Assembly: GCA_963808235.1 (NCBI GenBank)
Contig: CAWEEQ010000004.1
Coordinates: 1,472,001 to 1,536,000, forward strand
Length of the DNA stretch: 64,000 nucleotides
Direction of reading: 5' to 3'
From: an uncultured delta proteobacterium
GTDB taxonomy: Bacteria > Desulfobacterota > Binatia > Binatales > Binataceae
Positions 10,362 to 21,290 of this stretch are shown here, piece by piece. Both the position numbers and the translations under genes were made by a program. Within the stretch, counting starts at the first letter, position 1. Each line of letters begins with the position of its first letter. The notes beneath the pieces were generated by a model. It was not told the origin of the DNA. It worked only from the letters and a program-made list of their open reading frames with translations, and made no database searches.

Positions 10362-11348
10362 ATGTCACAAGAGAAAAAACTCGGACTGCAGACTTCGCTC
10401 GCGCGGCTTGCGCAAATGGGCGAGATCGAAGAACTCGGCTACACGTCTCTGTGGATCGCCGAAGTCTCGGGGCCCGACGCGTTCGTAAGTCTCACCGCGC
10501 TAGCGCTGAACACGAAAAAGGCGGAACTCTCGACCGGCGTCATCCCGATTCAGATTCGCACGCCGGGTGCGATGGCGATGGGATTCCTCACTATCAACGA
10601 GCTGTCCGGCGGACGCGCGATTGCGGGACTCGGCGTGTCGAGTCCGGTGATCGTCGAGCGTTGGCATGGCGCGTCGTATCGGAAGCCGGTCACCGCGATG
10701 CGCGAGTGTGTGACGATCATGCGCCAGCTATTCAGCGATGGGCGCTCGAAGTTCGAAGGTGAAGTGTACAAGTCGGATTTTCGTCTCGGGATGCGGATAA
10801 CCGCGCCGCGTCCGCCGAAGATTTATCTTGCAGGTCTGAACGCGCCGATGCTCCGCCTGGCCGGTGAGATCGCCGACGGAGTTCTGATGAACTACTCGCC
10901 GCCGGACGCGATCGCGCCGATGGTTCAGCATATTCACGAAGGCGCAAAAGCCGCCGGGCGCGACCCGTCGTCAGTAGATGTGGGTATCTACATCCGCATG
11001 TGCATCACCGATGAAGAGGACAAGGCGGTCGATTCATTCCGGCGCGAGCTGGCCGGCTACGCGTTCGTCGACAGCTACAACAAGATGTTCGCGCGCTACG
11101 GACTTGCGGCCGAGTTCGACGAGGTGCGGCGGCTGTGGAAAACCGGCAAGCGCGACGACGCTGCGAAGGCGATCAGCGAGGCCTCGTGCCGCAAGATTGC
11201 GGTCTTCGGCAAAGCGGCGGCAGGCCGCGATTTCGTCGCGCGATTTCGCGCCGCCGGCGTCACCCATCCGGTGGTATTCCCCATCGGACCAGCCGCGACT
11301 TCAGCGCGCGACTATTCAAACACGATGCGCGCGTTGTCCGGCGCCTAA
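10362..11348 (+). CDS. LLM-class (luciferase-like) flavin/F420-dependent oxidoreductase
   Basis: GYTSLWIAE, LSGGRAIAGLG, LAGEIADG motifs. Confidence 0.85.
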   Translation: MSQEKKLGLQTSLARLAQMGEIEELGYTSLWIAEVSGPDAFVSLTALALNTKKAELSTGVIPIQIRTPGAMAMGFLTINELSGGRAIAGLGVSSPVIVERWHGASYRKPVTAMRECVTIMRQLFSDGRSKFEGEVYKSDFRLGMRITAPRPPKIYLAGLNAPMLRLAGEIADGVLMNYSPPDAIAPMVQHIHEGAKAAGRDPSSVDVGIYIRMCITDEEDKAVDSFRRELAGYAFVDSYNKMFARYGLAAEFDEVRRLWKTGKRDDAAKAISEASCRKIAVFGKAAAGRDFVARFRAAGVTHPVVFPIGPAATSARDYSNTMRALSGA

Positions 11349-11374
11349 AGAACTTTCCGATGCTCGGAGGAAGG

Positions 11375-12269
11375 TCAAGCCATCAAGCCGGCCGCACGCC
11401 ACTTCGGCGCGACTTTCTTATCGACGACATCGACTTCGGTCAGAAATTCGACAAGTTCCGCTGACATTTCGCGTCTGATCCGTGCCCGATGGGGATTGCT
11501 CTTCGCCATCGCAAGCGCCTCCGGAGGCAACCCGAGGTTCTTGTAAATGTCTGGATGTACCAATTGCCAGATGATGATCCTGGTCGCGAGCAGCCCATAG
11601 CGCCGCGCCATCGAGCGGGAGATTTCGCCGACATGGGGCCAGTTCTGCCTGAGATATTCATGCGCGTAACCGCGATGCCGCGCTTCCTCGAGGATGTGAA
11701 TCTTCGACAACTCGCGCATCACGGGATGACACTCCGGATCCTGCGCGGTGCGGTTGTTCAGGTACCCGGTGACATCTTCAGCAGCGAGCGTGCTGAGCAT
11801 CATCGCAACTCTCGAGGTCATGTACTTGCTGAAGAAGGTAATCAGACCCGAGAAGCGCGGCTCGTACCAGGGAACCTTGCAGCGCTTGATCGCCTCGCCG
11901 AACATCATCGAATGACGGCACTCGTCGGCCACTTCGATCTGCATCCAATAGAAATGCGGGTCGAGGGGGCTGACGCCGAATCAGGTAATCCATGAGCTTG
12001 AAGCAGAGCTGATTCTCAAACCATATCGTGGTCGCCAACGCACTGCATGCCTCGTGCATCGAAAGCTTTACCCTCTGCTCCCGCGTCATCTGGTCCCACA
12101 GCGGCGTCCCGTACAACGAGACCATGTCTTGCGGCATATAGAAATGTGAGTCGTCGAAGGGAACGCTCCAATCGATTTCTTTGTAAGGATCGAAGGACTT
12201 CCGATGCGACGCATCGATAAGGTGCTGCAGATACTGACCACTGATCTCTTCGCGAGTCATGGCGCTCAA
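11375..12269 (-). CDS. AurF-like diiron oxygenase, frameshift near 11978
   Basis: SFDPYKEIDW, IWFEN, DECRH and EEARH diiron ExxH motifs across two frames. Confidence 0.8.
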
Positions 12270-12529
12270 CTTTTCGAAACGCTCGATTGCGTTACGAAAA
12301 GCTCTCCGAGGAGGCCTTCAGCAGAATGAGACAATCTTGGTCTAGCGAAGCCGTGGCTAAAGGCTAATAGAAGAGCCACGCTCGGGCTGGATCAAATTCG
12401 GAGTCGATAGGTTATCGAACCCAACACAATGACTATACCCACGATGCGAACGGAGATCACCCAATTGAGCGAAATCTGCGACGCTTTGGTTATATGAGTG
12501 ACGCATACTTGAGTAGACGACCAATCGGC

Positions 12530-13336
12530 TCAGTGGCCGGTGTAGTTGGGCTTGCGCTTTTCCATGAATGAGCGCGGGCCCTCCTTGGCGTCGTCGGACT
12601 TCATGACTTCACGCGCGAGTTCATTTTCGATCTTGAAGGCTTCTTCATACGGCCGCCCGGAGCATCGGCGAACCGCCTCTTTGATTTTCCGCACCGCGAG
12701 CGGACCGTTCTGCGCGATCGTCGCCGCCAGTTCTTCGGCCTTTGCAATCAGATCCGCCTGCGGCACTACATAGTTGACAAGTCCGAGCCGCCAGGCTTCG
12801 TTCGCGTCGATTCGGTTGCCGGTCAGCAGGATTTCCATCGCCTTGCAGTACGGGATTTGTCTTTGCAATCGCGCGAGCGATCCGGCGGCGGGAATTATCG
12901 CCCACTTCACTTCCTGGAGTCCGAAGCTCGCGTTCTCAGAGGCGACTCGCAAGTCCGTTGCCTGGATGAATTCCATTCCGCCGGCGATGCAAAATCCGTT
13001 GACCGCCGAGATTACCGGCTTGTCCATGTTGTAGTTGCGCAGCAGTGCGATGTCGCCGGCCTTGCGATCGGCGAGCAGCTTGCGATCCCATTCGTCCTCG
13101 GGCTTCCGCGCGCCGGTGAAGAGCGGAATCAATCGTCCGAGGTCGGCGCCCGCCGAGAATGCGACCTTGCCCGCGCCGGTAACGATCGTGGCGCGGACAC
13201 TGTCATCTTTGTCGATCTCCTTCCACGCTGCCGCCAGCGTGACGAGCATTTCGGGATTGAGCGAGTTGTGAACCTCGGGCCGGTTCAGCGTAAGCCATGC
13301 GATGTGGTTTCGTTTTTCGAAGATCAACGCGGGCAT
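12530..13336 (-). CDS. Enoyl-CoA hydratase/crotonase family protein
   Basis: FSAGADL, AVNGFCIAGGME, EGPRSFMEKR. Confidence 0.9.
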   Translation of the reverse strand: MPALIFEKRNHIAWLTLNRPEVHNSLNPEMLVTLAAAWKEIDKDDSVRATIVTGAGKVAFSAGADLGRLIPLFTGARKPEDEWDRKLLADRKAGDIALLRNYNMDKPVISAVNGFCIAGGMEFIQATDLRVASENASFGLQEVKWAIIPAAGSLARLQRQIPYCKAMEILLTGNRIDANEAWRLGLVNYVVPQADLIAKAEELAATIAQNGPLAVRKIKEAVRRCSGRPYEEAFKIENELAREVMKSDDAKEGPRSFMEKRKPNYTGH

Positions 13337-13457
13337 TATGCACTCCTTTGAGTTCGATATGTTTTTGGAAACGACTTCAATCGCGTGTTATATACAACAA
13401 TCTTGAGGCATCTTGCCGCCTGACACATTCACGCATCCGATCAATCTGGAGGCTACG

Positions 13458-14198
13458 ATGATAGAAAAAGAAATCGAGATTCGCACCGCCGATGGAACCG
13501 CAGACGGTATCCTCTTTCAAGCCGACGACGGACGCCGCTGCCCAGGCGTCATCCATTTGACCGACATCGCGGGCATTCGCCCGTCGCATCGCGCGATGGC
13601 GCAGCGGCTGGCCGAGAAAGGGTACACCGTTCTGCTGCCCAACATATTTTATCGGACCGGGCGGACGCCGATCTTCGACTTCGTGCCGAAGTTTGGCGAG
13701 GAGCGAACCATGAAACGGTTTGGCGAGCTACGGGCTCCGCTGACACCGGAAGCGACCGAGCGTGACGCTGCGAGCTATGTGGATTTCCTGGCGGCGAATA
13801 GTTCCGTGAGCGCGGGTGCGATGGGCGTCGTCGGCTACTGCTTCACCGGCGCCATGGCGATGCGCACCGCCGCGGTAAGGCCCGCGAAGATCGCAGCCGC
13901 GGCTTCATTCCACGGCGGCGGACTCTTCACCGATGGACCGACCAGCCCGCATCACGTGTTGCCGCGGATCAAGGCGGAGCTTTATTTTGGGCATGCAACC
14001 AACGACCAAAGCATGCCGAAGGAAGCGATCGAAAAGCTCGATCGTGCGCTCGCGGCGTGGGGCGGCAAATACCAAAGCGAAGTTTACCAGGACGCGTATC
14101 ACGGATGGACGACGGCGGACGCACCGGTTTTCAACCAGCCTCAGGCCGAGCGGGCTTTCGAAAAACTGACCGCGCTGTTCGCGAGAACGCTCAAGTAG
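13458..14198 (+). CDS. Dienelactone hydrolase family protein
   Basis: GYCFTG nucleophile motif, SFHGG, YHGW. Confidence 0.9.
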   Translation: MIEKEIEIRTADGTADGILFQADDGRRCPGVIHLTDIAGIRPSHRAMAQRLAEKGYTVLLPNIFYRTGRTPIFDFVPKFGEERTMKRFGELRAPLTPEATERDAASYVDFLAANSSVSAGAMGVVGYCFTGAMAMRTAAVRPAKIAAAASFHGGGLFTDGPTSPHHVLPRIKAELYFGHATNDQSMPKEAIEKLDRALAAWGGKYQSEVYQDAYHGWTTADAPVFNQPQAERAFEKLTALFARTLK

Positions 14199-14306
14199 GG
14201 CCGCTTATTCGTGGCGCTAGCGGGTGCATCAACGCGGCTTTACCGGCCTCTTCGCGGGCCGCTATGATCTAGTGTTGATGGCAATCCCTGAGCCGAGGAG
14301 AAGCGC

Positions 14307-14792
14307 ATGAAATACCTGCTTTTTTCGATCATTGCGTTCTTGTGTCTTGCCACGGTCACGCCAGCCTTCGCGATCGAAGCGCCTCGGATCGTGCCGCGCA
14401 TGGTTCAAGTGCCGAAGCCAATCGATGAAGTCTATGGACGGCTCAAAAGATATTTTTCCGACCCTATGGCGAGCCACTTTCAACTGGTCAGCGCCGACCC
14501 GAGGACTCATACGCTGGTCGCGAAGCAATCTGGTTTCGATGGCGCGTCGTGGGACAACCTGGCGTTCTGCAAGGCGGGTCCGGTGCAGATGATCTACAAG
14601 CTTGCTGACGGCACGGTGACGGTGACCGTCAAGCTGGAAAAGACCACCCGGCAATCGACGTTCGCGAGCGTGTCGGCGGATTTCCAGGGCGTTTACCGGC
14701 TCGGCTCGAACGAAAACAAAGTTGATTGCTCGTCGAAATTCACCCTGGAGGACAGTATCCTCGCAGCGGCCGGAGCTTCGGGCGCCAATTGA
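14307..14792 (+). CDS. Secreted hypothetical protein with two Cys in the mature region
   Basis: Signal peptide ending AFA; RBS GAGGAG; directly upstream of the ABC pair. Confidence 0.65.
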   Translation: MKYLLFSIIAFLCLATVTPAFAIEAPRIVPRMVQVPKPIDEVYGRLKRYFSDPMASHFQLVSADPRTHTLVAKQSGFDGASWDNLAFCKAGPVQMIYKLADGTVTVTVKLEKTTRQSTFASVSADFQGVYRLGSNENKVDCSSKFTLEDSILAAAGASGAN

Positions 14793-14805
14793 CGCATGTG
14801 ATTAG

Positions 14806-16683
14806 TTGAGGGCTGAATCGACAAAGGTCGTCGCACCTCCGGCGCCCGCTGAAATTGCGTTTCCCGAGCCGCGCCGGCTCCGTTCGCGCGATGTCTTTCG
14901 CCTCGCGGTGCGCGCGTGGCCCTTCATCCGCCCCTATCGGCGTCATCTCATCTACCTGCTGCTGTTGACCCTGCCGACTTTGCTCGGCGGACTCTTCGCC
15001 TTGAAGATGACGCGGATCTTCTTCGACGTGGTTGGTCACGGCGACGCCCTTTTGCCGTTTGAAGCGTGGATGCTTCACGTTGCGGTGCATGCGGATCGGC
15101 GGACCGTGCTGATCCACGCCTGCGTCGTGACCGGGATAGCCGCGATGATTGCGTTGCCGATTGTGCTTGCGATCTTCGGCTACGGGATTTGGATTTTACA
15201 GCGCATCAGCAACCTCTTCCGGGTCAATCTCTACACGCGCCTGCAGGAATTGAGCGTCCAGTTTCACTCGCAGGAGAAGATCGGCGACGCGATTTTCCGC
15301 ATGTTCCAGGATTCGGCGGCGATTCCGCAGGTGATCAATGGGCTGATCATTCAACCGCTGATCCTGATTCCGGCCGCACTCGGCTCGCTCGTCTATCTCG
15401 CCATGTACGACTATCGGATGGCGCTGATCGCGGTTCTGCTCATGCCTTCGAATTTTATCCTGGCATGGATTTTCGGCGGCGCGCTCAGGCGGGGCTTTGT
15501 TGGCGAGCGCGAAGCGACCGCGCTGGCGACGACCCGGATCGAAGAAACGCTCGCCTCGATTAAAGCGGTCAAAGCCTTCGGGACCGAGGCGTCGGAGGCC
15601 GCGCTCTACGCGCGCGAAAACTGGAACGCGTTCCTTGCCGCGCGGCGCGCGCGCTTGCGGCTTGCCGGATATCGCGTCGCCACCAACACTCTTCGCGGAC
15701 TCGCTTACGTGTGCGCGCTCTACATCGGCGCGATCGAGGTGCTCGCAGGCGGCACCGCGGGCATCGCGCACGCGGCGGTCTCGCTCGGTCTGTTCCAGGG
15801 ATCGCTCGCGCTGCTGGCGCGGGTGAGCGGACGCATGCGGAACATCACCGACCTCTGGGGCAGCATGCAGGACGTGGTGGTCGCGATTTCCCGCGTGCTC
15901 GAGATGCTCGGAAAAACGCCGGAGCAGAGCGTGAGCAGCGGGCATAAGATTCCGCCGGCGGCGGCGCAAGTGCTGAGCTTCGACAACGTGAGCTTCGGCT
16001 ACGATCCGAGATCGCCCGTGCTCAACGAGGTCTGCTTTGAAGCGCGCGTCGGTGAGATCACGGCGATCGCGGGCGCGAGCGGTTCGGGCAAAAGTACGAT
16101 CATCGGCCTGGTGGTGAGATTCTTCGATCCGGTGACGGGTAGTATCCGCGTCGACGGACAGGAAATTTGCGAGTTCGATCTGGCGGCATGGCGCGGCATG
16201 TTGTCGGTTGCGCTACAGGAGAATCCGCTCTTTACCGCGACGCTCGCGGACAACGTGGCGTACGGACGCCCGGACGCATCGCGCGCCGAAGTCATGCAGT
16301 GCATCGAGCGCGCAGGGCTTGGCGACTTCGTGCGAAAACTTCCTGCCGGACTGGACACGATGCTCGGCGAGAAGGGCTCGAAACTATCGACCGGGCAGGC
16401 GCAGAGAATCGGGCTGGCGCGCGCAATCTTGCGCAACTCGCCGATTCTTCTGCTCGACGAGCCGACCTCGGCGCTCGACGGCGCCACCGAAGACTCGGTG
16501 ATGCGCGGCTTACGCGACTGGGTCAACGAGGATCCGAAACGACGGATGGCAATCATCGCGACGCATCGCAGAACCACCGCCGCGCGCGCCGATCGAACCT
16601 ACCAGATTGCCGGCGGGCGCGTCGTCGCGGCGGGCGATTCCGCGTTCGGCGTGGCGCACGGGCGCGAGGTGAAAATTGCCTGA
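14806..16683 (+). CDS. ABC exporter subunit (TMD+NBD)
   Basis: TM domain, GASGSGKST, LSTGQAQR, LLDEPTSALD. Confidence 0.9.
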   Translation: MRAESTKVVAPPAPAEIAFPEPRRLRSRDVFRLAVRAWPFIRPYRRHLIYLLLLTLPTLLGGLFALKMTRIFFDVVGHGDALLPFEAWMLHVAVHADRRTVLIHACVVTGIAAMIALPIVLAIFGYGIWILQRISNLFRVNLYTRLQELSVQFHSQEKIGDAIFRMFQDSAAIPQVINGLIIQPLILIPAALGSLVYLAMYDYRMALIAVLLMPSNFILAWIFGGALRRGFVGEREATALATTRIEETLASIKAVKAFGTEASEAALYARENWNAFLAARRARLRLAGYRVATNTLRGLAYVCALYIGAIEVLAGGTAGIAHAAVSLGLFQGSLALLARVSGRMRNITDLWGSMQDVVVAISRVLEMLGKTPEQSVSSGHKIPPAAAQVLSFDNVSFGYDPRSPVLNEVCFEARVGEITAIAGASGSGKSTIIGLVVRFFDPVTGSIRVDGQEICEFDLAAWRGMLSVALQENPLFTATLADNVAYGRPDASRAEVMQCIERAGLGDFVRKLPAGLDTMLGEKGSKLSTGQAQRIGLARAILRNSPILLLDEPTSALDGATEDSVMRGLRDWVNEDPKRRMAIIATHRRTTAARADRTYQIAGGRVVAAGDSAFGVAHGREVKIA

Positions 16684-18721
16684 TCGCGCCGGCACGCCGA
16701 GCGTTCCTGCGCCGAACGGAGCCGGCATCGCGCCGGCAACTTCGAGCGGCGACGCGCGCGCCAACCTGCTCTACTCGAGCGAGACGGCTCCGCTCACGAT
16801 CGGCGAAGCGTGGCGGATCTTGGCGAAGAGCTGGCCGTTCATCAGTCGCCATCGGCGGCTGGTGGCGATCAAGTGCGGCCTGGTGTTCGTCTCGCTGACA
16901 TTTATTCTGATGACGCCGTGGCCGCTCAAGATAGTGATCGACAACGTGATCGACGGCCATCCGCTGACCGGAATTCCGGCGGCGATTCTGACGCCGATGG
17001 TCGGCGCCGATCGCGCCGCGATACTCGCGGCGGTGACGCTGTTCCTGCTCGCGGCAGTGATCCTGATCGGAATGATCGGCGACAACGCCGAAGCGCTCGG
17101 CACCCGCGTCGATAGCGGAGGATTGGACCAGGCGGGCGCGACCGCCGACGAAGCGAACGAAGGCAGCAGCCTATGGAACGGTTTGTTCGGCTACCTGGAG
17201 GCCCGGGTCACGATCGATTTGACGCAGCGGATGAACCAATCGGTGCGCACGGCGATCTATGAGCGATTTCTGCGCTCGCCGCTCGCGCTCTACGCCGATC
17301 AGAAAATCGGCGATGCGGTTTTCCGGGTGATGTATGACAGTGCGTCGATCGGCCCGGTGTTCTATCGCGGCGTCCTGGCGCCGGTGATGTCGCTGTTGAT
17401 GTTCATCATGGCGATGATCGTGCTGTCCTGGCAGTTCAGCAATCAACTGGTGATCGTAGGGATCGCGATTGCGTTACTGCCGATCGTGGCTATCGGCAGC
17501 GGCCTGTTCGGACGCGCGCTGCGCGGACAGAGCCAGACGATGCGCGAGCGCAGCAGTGACGTGATGGCGGCCTTCGAGGAACGCGTCGCGCAGGTGCAAC
17601 TGATAAAAGCGTTCGGGCAGGAGGAGCGCGAGACGGCGGCGGTCGATTCGGCAAGCTGGGCATCGTTTCGAGCGACGCTCAAAATTCTGGCGATCACCGC
17701 GGCGATCGTGATCGTTCTGACCCCGATGATCGGCGTGCTGGTTGGATACACGGTCTACTACCTATTTACCCAGGTGATTAACGGGCGGATGACGCTCGGC
17801 GATATCGTGCTGCTGGCCGGATACGGAGGGATGCTCTGGAATCCGATGTCGATAATCGGCAGCACGTGGGCGTCGGTGCAGGCGCCGATCGCAGGATTGA
17901 GACGGGTGCATAGCGTACTCGACAATCTGGGCGAGCCGAACGGTGCCGGCCTCGCGGGAAACGGCGCACGAGGACTCGAGCCGCGAATCGGCAGGCTCGA
18001 GTTCAACGAAGTCGCAATCGGCTATGGCGATACCACGGTACTGAGCCACGTTTCGATGGCTCTGAGAGCCGGTGAACTGGTTGCGCTTGCCGGACCGAGC
18101 GGATGCGGCAAGACCACGCTTATCTATTCGATTCCGCGCTTCCTCGAACCGTCGGCGGGAACGATTGAATTCGACGGCACCGATTCGCGCTCTGTTGCCC
18201 CGGATGCGATTCGGGAACGGGTGGGCTTTGTATTCCAGCAGGAATCGCTATTCTCGATCTCAATCGACGACAACATCCGGTACGGGAGCGCGGGCGCATC
18301 GGAGGCCAGCGTGCGCGAGGCGGCCGCGATGGCGGGCGCGGCCGGATTTGTCGAGCAGTTGCCCGACGGATACGCGACGATGCTCGGACGGCGTGGGGCG
18401 CGCCTGTCGGTCGGCCAGAAGCAGCGAATTGCTATCGCGCGCGCCCTGCTCCGCCGTCCGGAGATCATGGTGCTCGACGAGCCGACCGCGCCGCTCGACC
18501 CGGGTTCCGAATCCGATCTGATCAAGACTTTGCGCACTCTGTCCCGCGATCGAATCGTAATTATCGTGGCGCATCGCGCCGACACGCTTGCCGCCTGCGA
18601 CCGGGTTCTTTTTGTTCATGGCGGAACGATCGCCGCGGCCGGCACTCACCTTGAATTGCTGGCAAGCAACCAGTCTTACCGCGACTACCTGGCGCAGACG
18701 GCGTCGGAAATCCATAGCTGA
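16676..18721 (+). CDS. ABC exporter subunit (TMD+NBD), probable heterodimer partner
   Basis: PWPLKIVIDNV, GPSGCGKTT, LSVGQKQR, VLDEPT; 8-nt overlap with the previous gene. Confidence 0.9.
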   Translation: MPDRAGTPSVPAPNGAGIAPATSSGDARANLLYSSETAPLTIGEAWRILAKSWPFISRHRRLVAIKCGLVFVSLTFILMTPWPLKIVIDNVIDGHPLTGIPAAILTPMVGADRAAILAAVTLFLLAAVILIGMIGDNAEALGTRVDSGGLDQAGATADEANEGSSLWNGLFGYLEARVTIDLTQRMNQSVRTAIYERFLRSPLALYADQKIGDAVFRVMYDSASIGPVFYRGVLAPVMSLLMFIMAMIVLSWQFSNQLVIVGIAIALLPIVAIGSGLFGRALRGQSQTMRERSSDVMAAFEERVAQVQLIKAFGQEERETAAVDSASWASFRATLKILAITAAIVIVLTPMIGVLVGYTVYYLFTQVINGRMTLGDIVLLAGYGGMLWNPMSIIGSTWASVQAPIAGLRRVHSVLDNLGEPNGAGLAGNGARGLEPRIGRLEFNEVAIGYGDTTVLSHVSMALRAGELVALAGPSGCGKTTLIYSIPRFLEPSAGTIEFDGTDSRSVAPDAIRERVGFVFQQESLFSISIDDNIRYGSAGASEASVREAAAMAGAAGFVEQLPDGYATMLGRRGARLSVGQKQRIAIARALLRRPEIMVLDEPTAPLDPGSESDLIKTLRTLSRDRIVIIVAHRADTLAACDRVLFVHGGTIAAAGTHLELLASNQSYRDYLAQTASEIHS

Positions 18722-18829
18722 TCCGGGCACGCCGATTGCTCTGGTTGCAGTCGGGATTTGTGCACGTGGCTCGACGGTTTGGCCGCGCCGACTAATTTCG
18801 CGGCAAATCCGTCTGCAAGGTGATTTGCG

Positions 18830-20323
18830 ATGGCTGCGATTGTTCTCGAAACAGGCACAACGACGCCCGTTTGGGCGGCGTACAAGTCGGGCGATGGCAT
18901 GTTCGACGAAATGCTCGACCTCGCCCACAGCGCGCGGAGCGGATGCCAGCCAACCGCGAAGGCATTATTCTCGATGGCGCCAGACTGGTTCGCCGAGATA
19001 TCAGGGCGCGCGCAGCAGATGTTCCGGCGGATGGGCGTAACCTTCAATGTCTATGGCGGCGCAGACGGTATCGAGCGGATTTTCCCGTTCGATCCGATTC
19101 CGCGCGTGATCGATGCGGACACCTGGACGACGCTGGAGGCAGGACTCATCCAGCGCGTTCGCGCGCTCAACATGTTTGTCGCCGACGTTTATGGCGAAGG
19201 CAGCATCCTCGCCGATGGAATCGTTCCGCGCGACCTGGTGCTCGGATGCCCGCAGTTTCGCCGCGCCGCCGCGGGCATCAAGCCGCCGCTCGGCAACTTC
19301 ATCACAGTTGCGGGAATCGATCTCGTCCGCGGCGCCGACGGCCGGTTTTATGTGCTCGAAGACAACGTCCGCACACCCTCGGGCGTATCGTACGTGATCG
19401 AAAATCGCCTGGTCATGACGCGTCTGATGCCCGACTTGATGCGATCGTGCCGCGTGCGCAGCGTCGAGCGCTATCCAGCCGACTTGCTGCAGTGTCTCAT
19501 CGAACAGGCGCCGGGCGGCAAGTCGAATCCCACCATCGCGCTGCTGACGCCGGGACCGTACAACTCTGCGTTTTTCGAACACGTGTTCCTGTCGCAACAA
19601 ATGGGAATCGAGCTTGTCGAGGGTCAGGATCTGGTCTGCGCCGATCACAAGCTTTACATGAAAACCGTTCACGGACTGAGCCAGGTGGACGTTCTGTATC
19701 GGCGCATCGATGACGACTTCGCCGATCCGCTGGTCTTCCGCGCCGACTCGATGCTCGGAGTCGCCGGGCTGACGGCCGTCTTGCGCGCCGGCAACGCAGC
19801 TGTCGCCAACGGCCTCGGCACGGGAATCGCCGACGACAAGGCGATCTACGCCTACACGCCCGCGATGATTCGTTACTACCTTTCCGAAGAACCGATTCTG
19901 CCGATCGTCGAGACCTATCTGCTTCGCGACCGCGAGGTTAAAGAAGAAGTGCTGGCCAGGCTCGAGCGCTATGTGATCAAGCCAACCGGTGCGTCGGGTG
20001 GTTACGGCGTTGTGATCGGACCGAAAGCCAGCGAGCAGGAGCTGGCGCAGGTGCGCGAACTGATTGTCGCCGATCCTTCGGCATTTATCGCGCAGCCGGT
20101 AATTCAGCTGTCGATGCATCCGACGATTGTCGGTGGCTCTGGGAGCAGCTCAGAAACTCAGATCGCGCCGCGACACATAGACTTCCGTCCGTTCGTATTG
20201 CTCGGCGCCAAACCGCGAGTCCTCGCGGGCGGCCTGACTCGAGTCGCGCTGAAAGAAGGCTCGCTCATCGTAAACTCGTCCCAGGGCGGGGGAAGCAAGG
20301 ACACCTGGGTGCTCGAGAATTAG
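18830..20323 (+). CDS. Circularly permuted type 2 ATP-grasp protein
   Basis: FPFDPIPR, LEDNVRTPSGVSY, YRRIDDDF, GASGGYG, VNSSQGGGSKDTWVL. Confidence 0.95.
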   Translation: MAAIVLETGTTTPVWAAYKSGDGMFDEMLDLAHSARSGCQPTAKALFSMAPDWFAEISGRAQQMFRRMGVTFNVYGGADGIERIFPFDPIPRVIDADTWTTLEAGLIQRVRALNMFVADVYGEGSILADGIVPRDLVLGCPQFRRAAAGIKPPLGNFITVAGIDLVRGADGRFYVLEDNVRTPSGVSYVIENRLVMTRLMPDLMRSCRVRSVERYPADLLQCLIEQAPGGKSNPTIALLTPGPYNSAFFEHVFLSQQMGIELVEGQDLVCADHKLYMKTVHGLSQVDVLYRRIDDDFADPLVFRADSMLGVAGLTAVLRAGNAAVANGLGTGIADDKAIYAYTPAMIRYYLSEEPILPIVETYLLRDREVKEEVLARLERYVIKPTGASGGYGVVIGPKASEQELAQVRELIVADPSAFIAQPVIQLSMHPTIVGGSGSSSETQIAPRHIDFRPFVLLGAKPRVLAGGLTRVALKEGSLIVNSSQGGGSKDTWVLEN

Positions 20324-21285
20324 TGCTGCGCCGAATCGCGAGCCATCTGTATTGGACTGCGCGCAACCTCGAGCGCGCTGAATGGCGCGCGCGGCTCGTC
20401 GATGTGAACTATCATCTCTTGATCGAGACTCCGCCTCGCGGCGCCGAGCCATGGGCTCCGCTACTCGCAATTTTTGGCGAGCGCGATACGTTTGCCGAGC
20501 ATTACGAGACCGCCGACGAACACTCGGTTCTGAATTTCTTCGTTCTCGATCTCGATAATCCCAATTCGATCCGAAACTGCGTCAACAACGCCCGCAACAA
20601 TGCGCTTTCCCTGCGCCATTACGTGTCATCCGAATTTTGGATCGGCCTGAACACGCTTTACCTCTCCGCACAGGCGTGGACGCCTAGCCTTTTCATCACC
20701 CCGGGGGTGTTCGCGTTTTTCGCTGAGCTTAGGGACAGCTTCTACCGGCTTTCGGGAATCCTGCAGACCACCATCCCGCGCGACCCGGCCTACGACTTCA
20801 TGCAAATCGGCATGATGCTCGAGCGCGCGGAAGACGTCGCCCGGATGCTCGATGTGAAATATCATTTCCTGCTTCCAAAGCTGGAGGACGTCGGTGGTCC
20901 GGTCGATTTGCTGCAATGGGGAGCGGTGCTGCGAAGTGCATCCGGCCTGGAGCCTTATCGAAAACGTTTCGGCAATGCGATCGAGATCAGTAAGGTGGTC
21001 GGAATTCTGCTCTTCGACCCTTCGTTTCCGCGTTCTGCGCGCTTCTCGCTCGACCAGCTTGCGGTCTCGGTCGCTCGAATCGCCGCTGACGATTCGTCTT
21101 CACCGCGACCGCTCGAACAATCTCCCGCAGATTTTCCAGCCCTGCACGAACTGGATAAGTCTCTGATGTCCGATCGATCGCCGCAGGTACTGAAGTCCGG
21201 GCTGCATCAATTCCTGATTCAAATCCAGGATGGATGCGCGGCGATCGGCGAAGAGGTGTTCGCAAAATATCTTCGGACCGAGTGA
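20323..21285 (+). CDS. Alpha-E domain protein (DUF403)
   Basis: LYWTARNLERAE and GMMLERAEDVARMLDV ER motifs; FPRS. Confidence 0.9.
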   Translation: MLRRIASHLYWTARNLERAEWRARLVDVNYHLLIETPPRGAEPWAPLLAIFGERDTFAEHYETADEHSVLNFFVLDLDNPNSIRNCVNNARNNALSLRHYVSSEFWIGLNTLYLSAQAWTPSLFITPGVFAFFAELRDSFYRLSGILQTTIPRDPAYDFMQIGMMLERAEDVARMLDVKYHFLLPKLEDVGGPVDLLQWGAVLRSASGLEPYRKRFGNAIEISKVVGILLFDPSFPRSARFSLDQLAVSVARIAADDSSSPRPLEQSPADFPALHELDKSLMSDRSPQVLKSGLHQFLIQIQDGCAAIGEEVFAKYLRTE

Positions 21286-21290
21286 AGCCC

